DNA of 64,000 nucleotides from Verrucomicrobiota bacterium (GTDB taxonomy: Bacteria; Verrucomicrobiota; Verrucomicrobiia; Verrucomicrobiales; DEV007): NCBI GenBank assembly GCA_045046875.1, contig JASFYY010000093.1, positions 1 to 64,000 of the forward strand. The letters run 5' to 3'. Under the pieces are notes generated by a model. It did no database searches. It worked only from the letters and a program-made list of their open reading frames with translations, and was not told the DNA's origin. Shown here one piece after another: positions 38,933 to 48,662 of this stretch (position 1 is the first letter of the stretch; each line of letters opens with the position of its first letter). A program made the position numbers and the translations under genes.

Positions 38933-39655
38933 TCATTCCGAAAGGCTGAAGTTTTTAAGCTTGGTAGCTATAGAATAGTATAATTCCTCCTCCCAAGTCA
39001 CCCCTTCAATTTCGAGCGTTTTGGATTTTTTGCGCATATCGTAGGGAGAAATAATAACTATCGTATTTGGGTAGCCATTTTTCGCAATCAGATAAAAAAT
39101 CTCTTCTATGCTTTCATTCCCGACAGGAATACAACCAACCGTAACCAGACTCCCGTGGATAAAAATATCATCTCCAAGTCGACTTCGATTCTCAGTCTTT
39201 GCCTTATGACGATCAAAAGAATTAGGGTAATCAATTTTCAATGACAGGTGGTAAAAGCTGTTGGGGTTCAAATACTCAACCTTGTATAAACCCTCCGGTA
39301 TTTGTAAATCCCCCTCCCTAAGCTTGGGTCCCAATTCACCAGAGTAAGCCGTAAACGGATAATCTTTGATGAATTTCCAAATACCTTCTTCTTGCTTCCA
39401 AAGCTCGATATTCTTCTCTTCCTTAAAAGCAAGGATCGCAATGGGTTGCCCATCAGTGAGATCGCCCAAGTTCTCAAACCGCTGGTACATTCCTGGCTCT
39501 AAAGAACTCAACACATCTGACACCGTGCGCTTTCCTTCCAGCTTCAATTTCACCGGTCCCCATATCGAACCACCATAATGACGAAAAACAAACAAGGCAA
39601 TCACAAGCGAAAATGCAACTAGCAAAAATGGACTTATTTGTTGTTGTTTCCCCAT
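38933..39655 (-). CDS. YkuD-family L,D-transpeptidase (YafK/DpaA-like)
   Basis: GPKLREGDLQIPEGLY, LNPNS.YHLSL..DYPN, DIFIHGSLVTVGC; ATG 39655; AT-rich. Confidence 0.9.
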   Translation of the reverse strand: MGKQQQISPFLLVAFSLVIALFVFRHYGGSIWGPVKLKLEGKRTVSDVLSSLEPGMYQRFENLGDLTDGQPIAILAFKEEKNIELWKQEEGIWKFIKDYPFTAYSGELGPKLREGDLQIPEGLYKVEYLNPNSFYHLSLKIDYPNSFDRHKAKTENRSRLGDDIFIHGSLVTVGCIPVGNESIEEIFYLIAKNGYPNTIVIISPYDMRKKSKTLEIEGVTWEEELYYSIATKLKNFSLSE

Positions 39656-39686
39656 ACTCAACTTACTTCCTGCTATCCCCTCTCCC

Positions 39687-39744
39687 ATCCGCGTCATCCG
39701 CGAAATCCGCGGTTAACTCTCTTCATTCGTGTGAATTCGGGGTT
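39687..39744. repeat. Family A repeats, two stacked arrays
   Basis: atccgcgtc atccgcgaa atccgcggtt, then attcgtgtga attcggggtt abutting the lutC stop. Confidence 0.8.
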
Positions 39745-40376
39745 CAATTTTCTCCGCCTATTCGCAAACAAATCTGCACCCCTGGCCCGTGCACTCCCTC
39801 AATCAAAATACCCTCAATATCAGCTGTTTTTGAAGGCCCCGTCACCCAGATCACATTCGAACTGTTGCCCAAATTCTCAATCGCTTGCGGAATGTTTGCA
39901 AAAACCTTTTTTTGATCTGTCAGCACCGCCACATGCACCCACGGCGCCAATGCCGCCAACCGGTCCACGGTATCCTCATCATTCAAAATCACCGTTCCCG
40001 ACTCCGCAATCACCCCGCTCGCCCTGGTGATCCCAAAAACATAATCATCCACCCGCTGATGATCAAATTCATAACTCACCTGCAAACCCGCCGCCACCAA
40101 AACCTCCCCCACCTGCTCCTTCAATTCAGGATCACAATAACCCTTCTCAAACCCTCCCTCTTTCAAAAACTCCACCAAGTCCCCCACTTCATTCATCGCC
40201 TTACCGCTCACCGCAGAAAAATTCTCCCCAAACTCCGTCCACCCATCCTGTTCACTCTCCTTATGCCTGACACTGAACAAAAGCTCACTCTCATAATCAG
40301 GCAAAGAAGTCTTTCCCCGCAAACCCGACAGAGCCTGCTTAACCGCCCCCATAACTATGTCCTGCGCTTCACTCAT
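39744..40376 (-). CDS. lutC: Lactate utilization protein C (LUD domain)
   Basis: IAESGTV, HVAVL, VTGPSKTADIEGILIEGVHGP. Confidence 0.9.
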   Translation of the reverse strand: MSEAQDIVMGAVKQALSGLRGKTSLPDYESELLFSVRHKESEQDGWTEFGENFSAVSGKAMNEVGDLVEFLKEGGFEKGYCDPELKEQVGEVLVAAGLQVSYEFDHQRVDDYVFGITRASGVIAESGTVILNDEDTVDRLAALAPWVHVAVLTDQKKVFANIPQAIENLGNSSNVIWVTGPSKTADIEGILIEGVHGPGVQICLRIGGEN

Positions 40377-40390
40377 TCCAAATAAATTTA

Positions 40391-41815
40391 TTATTCGTGT
40401 TTATTCGTGTCCATTCGTGGTTCTCCCTCTCTTTCCCTCATCCACCTACGAAACTCCCCTCCTGACCACTTCGGCAGCGTCCTGATCTTCAACCACTCTT
40501 GCAGCGGCTTAACCGGCAGCATCGTGATCGGCAAATGATTCATCGCCCTGGATGCCGTCATCGCCGTTTGCCAGAGCTTGGGCGAAGTCGCCAGCTTGGC
40601 AAACGGAGCCATCGGCGGTGATCCCGCAGATTTGATCCCCTCTTGATTCGCCCGCGATCGCAAGCGCAGCAACAGTTCCGGTATCGGAATGTTCACCGGA
40701 CACACTTCATTACACGCACCACACAAACTCGAAGCCTTGGGCAAATCCGCATACTTGGGGAAATCATCTCCCGCCAACAAGGGACTCAACACCGCCCCCA
40801 CCGGCCCACCGTAAACCGCACGATACCCGTGCCCGCTGGTCTGACGATAAACCGGACAGACATTCAAACACGCCCCACAACGGATACAGCGCAGAATATC
40901 CCGCTCCTTCGATTTCAAAACACGGCTGCGACCGTTATCGAGAAAAATCACATGCATCTGCTCGGGGCCGGACGGCTGTTCCGCACTGCGCGGCCCATTG
41001 ATAAACTGGGTATAAACCGTCAACTGTTGCGCCGTCGCCGAGCGCCCTAACAAATTAAGTAACAATCCCAGATCCTTATCCCTCGGCACCACTTTCTCTA
41101 TCCCCACCAAAGCGATATGCAAGCCATTGGCAGCCATACCAAAACGCGCATTGCCTTCATTGGTCACGATCACCAAACGCCCTGACTCCGCTGAGACAAA
41201 ATTCGCGCCTGTCATTCCCGCATCACTCTGCAGGTATTTTTCGCGCAGATGTTTGCGCGCGCGACGAGTGATGGTCTGCGGATCATCATTGTAATCCCCC
41301 AACCCGTGATCCTCGAAACTCTGCGCCACCTGACGACGGTTTTTATGAATGATCGGCTGCACGATGTGACTCGGCGTATCCCCATCAATCTGAATAATAA
41401 ACTCCCCCAGATCGGTCTCAACACACTCCACCCCATTCTTTTGCAAAAAGTCATTCAGATGGATTTCCTCCGTCACCATGCTCTTGGACTTCACCACCCG
41501 CTTGGCTCCATTCTCATTCAGAATAGCCAGCACTTGCTCACGCGCATCCTCTGCCGTCGATGCAAAGTGCACCGTAGCTCCATTTTTGATCAAAGCCTCC
41601 TCTGCCTGCTCCAGATACTCGTCAAGATGTTCCAGCGTATGTTGTTTGACTTCCCCTGCCAGACGTCGCAAATCATCCGGATTTTCATAGTCCGCCTCCA
41701 ACTTCGCCTTGCGCCCAGCCGTGCGGGTCATCACGCTCGACAACACCGCATCTCTCGTTTCGCGAGGCAAGTCGCGGGCAAACACATCAATAGGCTGGCC
41801 AGACTTGCTCATCAC
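40391..41815 (-). CDS. lutB: Lactate utilization Fe-S protein B
   Basis: KSKSMVTEE, ETDLGEFI, TNEGN, CIRCGACLNVCP, SLCGACNEVCP. Confidence 0.95.
   Translation of the reverse strand: MMSKSGQPIDVFARDLPRETRDAVLSSVMTRTAGRKAKLEADYENPDDLRRLAGEVKQHTLEHLDEYLEQAEEALIKNGATVHFASTAEDAREQVLAILNENGAKRVVKSKSMVTEEIHLNDFLQKNGVECVETDLGEFIIQIDGDTPSHIVQPIIHKNRRQVAQSFEDHGLGDYNDDPQTITRRARKHLREKYLQSDAGMTGANFVSAESGRLVIVTNEGNARFGMAANGLHIALVGIEKVVPRDKDLGLLLNLLGRSATAQQLTVYTQFINGPRSAEQPSGPEQMHVIFLDNGRSRVLKSKERDILRCIRCGACLNVCPVYRQTSGHGYRAVYGGPVGAVLSPLLAGDDFPKYADLPKASSLCGACNEVCPVNIPIPELLLRLRSRANQEGIKSAGSPPMAPFAKLATSPKLWQTAMTASRAMNHLPITMLPVKPLQEWLKIRTLPKWSGGEFRRWMREREGEPRMDTNKHE
40393..40422. repeat. Family A repeat encoding the LutB C-terminus
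   Basis: attcgtgttt attcgtgtcc attcgtggtt. Confidence 0.85.
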
Positions 41816-42567
41816 TGGTTCAAACCCACATCACGCAGCACTTGCACCGCGTGACGCGTCTCGATTTCTTTATCCTGTTTCTCCGCCAAACCACCCATGT
41901 GCATCAAGCAACTCATATCGGCGGAGACCAAAAGATCCGGCGATTGCGCCAGCACACTGTCCAATTTCACCTGCCCAATCTCACCCGACAGATGCGGAAA
42001 GGTCACCGAAAAAGTCCCACCAAAACCACAACACTGCTCCGGTGTGCCGACCTCCACCAACTCCACTCCTTCGATCGACGACAACAAAGTCTCCATCGCC
42101 GCTCCCGTATCACTGCCCCTCGTATGACAGGAATGATGCAAAGCGATCTTTTTATTCAAAGCCCCCGACCACTGTTTCACCCCCAGCCCATTCACCAGAA
42201 AATCAAACAACTCCCAAGTCCGTCCCGCCAGATTCTCCACCTTTTCTGTATCTGTTTTGTCCTCAAACAACAAATCCGTGCCGTGAAAATGCATCGCAGC
42301 ACAAGAGCCCGAAGGCACGATCACCGGTAAATCCCCGGCAAAAACCTCCGCCGTATAACGCGCCACTTTTTCAGCCGCAGGGAAATCCCCCGAATTAAAA
42401 GCAGGCTGACCACAGCAGGTCTGAGCTTCCGGAAAAATCACCTCACAACCCACCGCCTCCAGCACCTCAACCGTAGCTTTCGCCATGTCGGCAAAAAATA
42501 CATCCGACAAGCAGGTCGCCATCAGCATCACTTTACGCCCTGTAGGTCTGGATTTGGTTTGTGGCAT
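41812..42567 (-). CDS. lutA: Lactate utilization protein A (CCG Fe-S domains)
   Basis: QTCCGQPAFNSG, PSGSC, HHSCH, CCGFGGTFS, DMSCLMH; ATG 42567. Confidence 0.93.
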   Translation of the reverse strand: MPQTKSRPTGRKVMLMATCLSDVFFADMAKATVEVLEAVGCEVIFPEAQTCCGQPAFNSGDFPAAEKVARYTAEVFAGDLPVIVPSGSCAAMHFHGTDLLFEDKTDTEKVENLAGRTWELFDFLVNGLGVKQWSGALNKKIALHHSCHTRGSDTGAAMETLLSSIEGVELVEVGTPEQCCGFGGTFSVTFPHLSGEIGQVKLDSVLAQSPDLLVSADMSCLMHMGGLAEKQDKEIETRHAVQVLRDVGLNQ

Positions 42568-42625
42568 TGATGTGAAAACTCTATTCGCTGGCAAACTCAA
42601 CTGGCCAAAGCCCTTGAGCAAGAAA

Positions 42626-43795
42626 CTAATTCAACGGCGGCGGCACATCAGCGGATACTCGACCCGCATTCACTTTTTTGATCACCAAAACAATCAAACC
42701 AATGGCGAGCACTAAAAGAGTCACTCCTAAAACAGGACGGTAAAACACCCAGGCAATCGCAATCGTCACCAGTGACAAACAAGCTGCCAGCAAAAACGCA
42801 ATGATACCCGTTCCAGCGCCGACCACACCTCCCAACATCGGAATCACATCAGCCAATACCGATGCCACTTTGAACATCATATTAAAACCAATCATCATCA
42901 GCAAAAACCCTCCACCACGCAGCATCCAGGCTAACATCACATTATCTGCCTCCGCTTTTTTAAACATCTCTTCAGCGGTATGATTGCCAGTTTGCAGCAA
43001 CTCCACCTCACTGCCATCGGCTGTTTTGTAAGGCACCAAACTCCGTCCCTTTTGCACCGATACCACACTGACCTCTACCGGCTTCACTGATTTGAAACTC
43101 ACCCTCAGATCCCCCACCTTGGGACTAGCTGAATCCGCCCCGACATAAAATCCACCTGCCACCACTTTGACACTCTCCTGCAAGTCCTGCGGCAGCATCT
43201 TACCATCTCCTACATCCACAGGACTAGTATCATTAATCTTGGCCACCAAAGCAGGCGATAGCAAAAAAGCCCCCAGCTTCACTTTTCCAGCCTGCCACCG
43301 ATCCGACGAATAAAGCATATCCGTGCCATTAACGTGACCTTCCTGCACATTGAACTCAGACGAGTTCACTAGACGACTCGACCACTCAAGCGCGTATGAA
43401 TAGCTTTTAACCGTTTCCGTCCCCCCTCCCAGCTTTTTCTTCTGCTTACTCGATACCGACTCCTGCCACTGATAAATTTCCACATCACGCTCCAGCTTCA
43501 ATGCCGTCGCACCCACTCCAAACACTGGGTCGGTGAGTTTCTCATCCGTCTCAGCCTTGCCTGTCAGATGAACCAAATGCCCGTCATGCTTTGCATCCAA
43601 CTGGTCACTAGCCACCGCCACCACCTTACTGCTCCCCTCTTGCAGAGCTTTATGCCGCTTCACCGCCCTGCCCTCATTCCAAAACAACAAAAAGAACGCA
43701 ATGGCAACCAGGATGATACCAAATAAGATCCCCTTCAAGGCCCCTCCGATACGACTGAACCAGGATTGATTTGTTACTTCTGTGAAATCTGCCAT
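42626..43795 (-). CDS. TMEM43/DUF1625-family membrane protein
   Basis: SWFSRIG, LLFWNEGRAV, L.RDVEIYQWQE, PKVGDLRVSF, IAWVFYRP. Confidence 0.88.
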   Translation of the reverse strand: MADFTEVTNQSWFSRIGGALKGILFGIILVAIAFFLLFWNEGRAVKRHKALQEGSSKVVAVASDQLDAKHDGHLVHLTGKAETDEKLTDPVFGVGATALKLERDVEIYQWQESVSSKQKKKLGGGTETVKSYSYALEWSSRLVNSSEFNVQEGHVNGTDMLYSSDRWQAGKVKLGAFLLSPALVAKINDTSPVDVGDGKMLPQDLQESVKVVAGGFYVGADSASPKVGDLRVSFKSVKPVEVSVVSVQKGRSLVPYKTADGSEVELLQTGNHTAEEMFKKAEADNVMLAWMLRGGGFLLMMIGFNMMFKVASVLADVIPMLGGVVGAGTGIIAFLLAACLSLVTIAIAWVFYRPVLGVTLLVLAIGLIVLVIKKVNAGRVSADVPPPLN

Positions 43796-43929
43796 TTTTT
43801 TAGGGAGAAAATTTTAAACATTCGTATTTTGAGACAGGCATACAGCCATCATGCTTCGCGGAGTAAAATAGGATAACTTTCCATATTTGCCAACCCGCAA
43901 ATCAAAGCACCTAAAACACCCCCCACGAC

Positions 43930-43985
43930 GTAGTGCGGGCTTCCAACCCGGCAACACTCCTAGCGAGTGGGGACACCCGCCCTAC
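43930..43985. repeat. GTAG-type REP doublet (REPIN-like)
   Basis: GTAGTGCGGGcttccaacccg...gcgagtggggacaCCCGCCCTAC; terminal 10-mers match 9/10 as inverted repeats. Confidence 0.65.
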
Positions 43986-44110
43986 ATCCATCCGCAATCA
44001 AACACCTTCTCCCAGCAAAATTCACAGCAGTCGCATCACAAAAACCCCCAAGCCCTCACTTGCAGATGACCATTTCCTCTGCAATCTTGCGGCTGAAACA
44101 CTTCCATCAA

Positions 44111-47100
44111 ATGATCACTCTCCGCCTTTTCAGCAAACCCCTCCTCGCCCTCACTGCCAGCATCTTATTCTGCCTGCCTGTCACCCAGGCAGCGGAAAAA
44201 AAGCCCAACGTGATCTTCATCCTGACCGACAACCACGGAGCGTGGTCACTCGGCTGTTACGGCAACAAAGACATCCGCACTCCCCATATCGACAAGATGG
44301 CAACCGAAGGGGTACGTTTCACCAATGCTTTTGCCAACAACGCGGTCTGCTCACCCACCCGCGCCACTTACCTCACTGGCCTGATGCAATCCCAGCACGG
44401 AGTTCACAATTTTCTCCACGGCAAAAACCTGCAAGTCGGTCCCGATCAACGCAACACCCTCGCTGATTTCACCTCCCTGCCCGAAGTGCTGAAAAAAAAC
44501 GGCTACTCCTGCGGACTGGTTGGCAAATGGCATCTTGGCAACAATACCGAACCCAATGAAGGACTCGACGATTATTGGATCACCCTGCCCGCCGGTGGAA
44601 CCTCTACTTTTCACAATGCCACGATCATCGAAAACGGCAAACTGCGCAAAGAACCCGAATACCTGACCACCTTCTGGACCAAACACGCACTCAAATTCAT
44701 TGAGAAAAGTGCCAAAACTCCAGACAAACCCTTCTTTTTATACCTCGCTTACAACGGCCCTTACGGCCTGTCCCGCTATCAACTGAAATCCTCAGGCAAT
44801 CGCCACGCCAAATATTACGCGGACAAAGACCTGCCCTCCTTTCCTCGTGGAGTCATTCATCCGTGGGAATACAACAACCGCGAATACTTCGGCAATCCGG
44901 TCAGCATTCGTCGTTACGCCGAAGAACTCAGCGCTATCGATGACGGTGTCGGCGATGTGATGAAAAAACTCAAAGAGCTCGGCATCGATGAAAACACCCT
45001 GGTGATCTTCGCCGCCGACCAGGGATGGGCCGGTGGTCAGCACGGTTTCTGGGGCATGGGCGACCACACCCGCCCAATCAACGCCTTCGATTTCTCGATG
45101 AAGATCCCCATGATCTTCCGCCAACCGGGCAAAATTCCCGCTGGCAATACCCCGGATATCCACGTCACCAACTATGACTTCATGCCCAGCGTCTTGAGCT
45201 ATCTGGGAATGGCTGATCAAATGCCAACCGCCCCCAAGTCTCCGGGACGGGATTTTTCCCCAGCCATGCTAGGACAAAAAACCGAGCAATGGGACAACAG
45301 TGTTTTTTACGAATACGAAAGTCTGCGCTGTGTGCGCTCGGGCGACTGGAAATACGTCGAACGTTTTGAAGACGGCTACGACGAACTCTACGACCTCAAA
45401 AACGATCCCGGCGAACGCCACAATCTGATCAACGAAGAAAAATCCCTCGCCAAAAAAACCGAACTCAAAAAACAACTCGATCAGTTTTTCGCAGTCAATG
45501 TTGAGAAAAAATACGACCTCTGGAACGGCGGCATCTCCCAACCCAAAACCCTGGTCTGGGGCAAAGAAGCCCAAGACCGCCTTAAAGCCAATCTCGCCAA
45601 AGGACGGGGCACCATTCCCAATGTTTTTGATCCCTCCTTCTCTCCCCCGTCGATCACCCTACCCGATGGCTACATCGCCGAAGTCGCCGCCGCGCCACCA
45701 CTGGTCGAGCGCCCGATGATGGCGACCTTTGATGAATACGGTCGTTTGTTTGTTGCCGAGAGTTCGGGAGTCAACTTGAACGACAAGGAGCTCGACAAAA
45801 AAAAGCCCCACTCGATCAAACTGCTCGAAGACACCGACAACGACGGCATCTTTGACAAGTCCACGGTTTTTGCCGACAAAATGACCTTTCCCCAGGGCGC
45901 CCTGTGGTTACAGGATTCCCTCTACGTAATGTCCCCGCCCAGCCTGTGGCGGCTCGAAGATACCACCGGCGACGGCGTCGCCAATGTGCGCGAAGAATTG
46001 GTCACCGGCTTCAAATACACCGGCAACGCCGCCGATGTGCACGGTCCCTTCCTGCATCCCAATGGACGTATCTACTGGTGCCACGGTCGCAAAGGCCACA
46101 CCGTGGTTGATACCGATACCGGACGCGTAGTTTCCGACAACAAGGGCGCACGCATCTGGTCCTGTTTCCCCGACGGTTCGGATATCCAGGTTCACGCCGG
46201 TGGAGGTATGGACAACCCGGTTGAACTCGACTTCATGGACAACGGCGACATCGTCGGCAGCATCAATCTGTTCTACGGTCGCCCCCGCGGCGACACCCTC
46301 AACCACTGGATCCACGGCGGGGTCTATCCTCGTTATGACCAGCAATCCGTCATCGATGAATTCAAAAGCACCGGCCCGCTGCTGAAAGAATTTCACAACT
46401 TCGGTCATGTCGCCGTCTCTGGCATGATGCGCTACCGCAGCGCTCATGTGAACCCTGACTGGAAAGACAACATTTTCGCCACCCACTTCAATACCCAGCA
46501 AGTCACCCGCACCGTGATCAAGCAAGAAGGCTCCACCTACGCATCCGTAAAAACGGTGCCTTTCCTCAAAATCAATGACCCTGGGGTTCATATCACCGAC
46601 GTGCTCGAAGACCCCAACGGTGATCTCTTGGTGATCGATACCGGCGGCTGGTTCCGTCAAGGTTGCCCTAACTCACAAGTCGCCCGCCCCGACATCTCCG
46701 GCGCTATCTACCGCATCCGCAAACCCGGTCTGCGTGATCGCAAACAAGACCAATGGGGCAAAGAACTCGAGTGGAAAAAAGCCAGCTTTGACGAAGTGGT
46801 GCACCGCCTCAACCACGACAGTTTTTCCATCCGTGAAAAAGCCAGTGCCTGGTTAGCGGAAAGAGGCGAGCCCTCCATCCCCGCTCTCGCCGACGCGCTG
46901 GAAAGTAATGATCCCGTTTTACGCCGCAATGCCGTATGGGCGCTGTGCCGATTGCCCTTCACCCAATCGCGTGAACTCTCCAGGAAAATGCTACTGGATC
47001 CGGATGAATCCGTTCGCCAGTCTGCCGCGCAAGCCGCCGGTATCAACAACGACCGCCGAGGAGTTGATGCCCTGGTCGCGCTGGTGCGTAACGACACGGC

Positions 47101-48649
47101 ACCCGTCGCTCGAACTGCCGCCGCCTCGCTCGGCATGATCGGCAACAAAAAAGCGGTGCCCGGAATCCTCGCCACCCTCGACCGCGACATGGATCGCCAT
47201 CAAGAGCACGCTTTGATCTATGCTCTCATCGAGCTCAATGATTACAAGAACACCGCCAAAGCCCTCGAATCGGAAAATGCCCTGGTCGTCAGCCGTGCCC
47301 TGTGGGCGCTCGATCAGATGGACAGCTCCAAGTTACAAGCCGGGGATGTGCTGACCCTGCTCGACCGCGATGACGAACGACTCGGAAAAACCGCTACCCA
47401 AATTGCCAAGCGCCACCCCGAGTGGGATGGAGCCATCGCCAACCGCTTCTTCGAATGGCTCGACGCCGACAAGCCGCTCAGCCCTGCCCAGCAAAACACC
47501 ATCAGCTTGCTGGCTCCGAATTTCATCCACACCCCGCCGATGTTCCCCATCATCGCCAGCTTGCTCAACAGCGAGCAAATCGAAGTGCAAAAACTCGCCT
47601 TCGGAGTCATCGAATCCAGCGACCAAGCCCCTTTACCTGAAAGCTGGATGCCTGCATTCAAAAGCGCATTAAACGGCGACAATGCCGAACAACTCACCCT
47701 CGCTCTGAATGCGCTGTCAAAAATCAAAACCGATAGTTTTGACCAGGATTTGCGCAAAATCGGTTCCGACGAGCAACAAAGCACCATGATCCGCATCCGC
47801 GCCCTGCGTGCGGTTTCCACCAAAAATGCGGTGTTGCACCCCGCCGCTTATAAATTGCTGAAAGGACTGCTGCAAGCCGATGCCAGCCCTTTCCAACGAC
47901 TTGAAGCCGCCCAAATGTTAGGCAGCGCCAAACTCACCAAACCCCAATTGATCGAAGTCGCCGGCCTCACGATCAATGCCGGCCCGATGGATCTGCCTCA
48001 CCTGATCAAGGTGTTCGAAAAACAACGCAACCCGGAAATCGGCATGGCTCTGGCCAAAGCCCTGCCCAAGTCCCCCGGACTCGGCAGCATCAAAGCCACC
48101 GAGCTGCAACGTATGTTCACCCACTACGGGGCTGAAGTGACCGCCCAATTCAAACCCACCCTCGACGAGCTGCTGGCCAAAGCCGAGCAACAAACCCAAC
48201 GCCTCGCCGCCATCGAACCCGAACTCGACAAAGGTGACGCCAAGCGCGGCAAAGCCGCTTTTGTCGCCGGCAAGGGCGCTTGCCTGACCTGCCACAAAAT
48301 CGGCGACGTCGGACGCTCGGTGGGTCCCGAACTCACCCACATCGGCCGCATCCGCACCAAACGTGACTTTCTCGAATCCATCCTCTACCCCAGTGAATCG
48401 CTCGCCCGTGACTTCGAATCCTTCTCAGTCACGATGAAAGACGGCACCGTCCACTTCGGTCTGATCCAACGCGAAACAGCAGACTCCATCTACGTCACCG
48501 ATCTGGCCGGAACCGAACACCCCTTACCCCGCTCCCAGGTTAAGTCCGTCTCCCCCGTCCCCGTCTCCCTGATGCCCCAAGGCCTAGACGCCGCCCTGAC
48601 CCGCCAGGAACTGTTAGACCTCATCGCTTTCCTGAAAGCGAGTCAGTAG
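44111..48649 (+). CDS. Sulfatase fused to PVC-type dehydrogenase propeller, HEAT repeats and c-type cytochrome
   Basis: KPNVIFILTD, CSPTRA, GKWHLG, ELYDLKNDPGE; LEDTDNDG...FADK, GGMDNPV, DTGGWF; HEAT-like helices; CLTCH...VGPELT...LMPQGL; ATG 44111 inferred. Confidence 0.9.
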   Translation: MITLRLFSKPLLALTASILFCLPVTQAAEKKPNVIFILTDNHGAWSLGCYGNKDIRTPHIDKMATEGVRFTNAFANNAVCSPTRATYLTGLMQSQHGVHNFLHGKNLQVGPDQRNTLADFTSLPEVLKKNGYSCGLVGKWHLGNNTEPNEGLDDYWITLPAGGTSTFHNATIIENGKLRKEPEYLTTFWTKHALKFIEKSAKTPDKPFFLYLAYNGPYGLSRYQLKSSGNRHAKYYADKDLPSFPRGVIHPWEYNNREYFGNPVSIRRYAEELSAIDDGVGDVMKKLKELGIDENTLVIFAADQGWAGGQHGFWGMGDHTRPINAFDFSMKIPMIFRQPGKIPAGNTPDIHVTNYDFMPSVLSYLGMADQMPTAPKSPGRDFSPAMLGQKTEQWDNSVFYEYESLRCVRSGDWKYVERFEDGYDELYDLKNDPGERHNLINEEKSLAKKTELKKQLDQFFAVNVEKKYDLWNGGISQPKTLVWGKEAQDRLKANLAKGRGTIPNVFDPSFSPPSITLPDGYIAEVAAAPPLVERPMMATFDEYGRLFVAESSGVNLNDKELDKKKPHSIKLLEDTDNDGIFDKSTVFADKMTFPQGALWLQDSLYVMSPPSLWRLEDTTGDGVANVREELVTGFKYTGNAADVHGPFLHPNGRIYWCHGRKGHTVVDTDTGRVVSDNKGARIWSCFPDGSDIQVHAGGGMDNPVELDFMDNGDIVGSINLFYGRPRGDTLNHWIHGGVYPRYDQQSVIDEFKSTGPLLKEFHNFGHVAVSGMMRYRSAHVNPDWKDNIFATHFNTQQVTRTVIKQEGSTYASVKTVPFLKINDPGVHITDVLEDPNGDLLVIDTGGWFRQGCPNSQVARPDISGAIYRIRKPGLRDRKQDQWGKELEWKKASFDEVVHRLNHDSFSIREKASAWLAERGEPSIPALADALESNDPVLRRNAVWALCRLPFTQSRELSRKMLLDPDESVRQSAAQAAGINNDRRGVDALVALVRNDTAPVARTAAASLGMIGNKKAVPGILATLDRDMDRHQEHALIYALIELNDYKNTAKALESENALVVSRALWALDQMDSSKLQAGDVLTLLDRDDERLGKTATQIAKRHPEWDGAIANRFFEWLDADKPLSPAQQNTISLLAPNFIHTPPMFPIIASLLNSEQIEVQKLAFGVIESSDQAPLPESWMPAFKSALNGDNAEQLTLALNALSKIKTDSFDQDLRKIGSDEQQSTMIRIRALRAVSTKNAVLHPAAYKLLKGLLQADASPFQRLEAAQMLGSAKLTKPQLIEVAGLTINAGPMDLPHLIKVFEKQRNPEIGMALAKALPKSPGLGSIKATELQRMFTHYGAEVTAQFKPTLDELLAKAEQQTQRLAAIEPELDKGDAKRGKAAFVAGKGACLTCHKIGDVGRSVGPELTHIGRIRTKRDFLESILYPSESLARDFESFSVTMKDGTVHFGLIQRETADSIYVTDLAGTEHPLPRSQVKSVSPVPVSLMPQGLDAALTRQELLDLIAFLKASQ

Positions 48650-48657
48650 TCAGTAGT
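48641..48657. repeat. Heptamer tandem (AGTCAGT)2 including the stop codon
   Basis: agtcagt agtcagt agt. Confidence 0.65.
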
Positions 48658-48662
48658 TTCAA

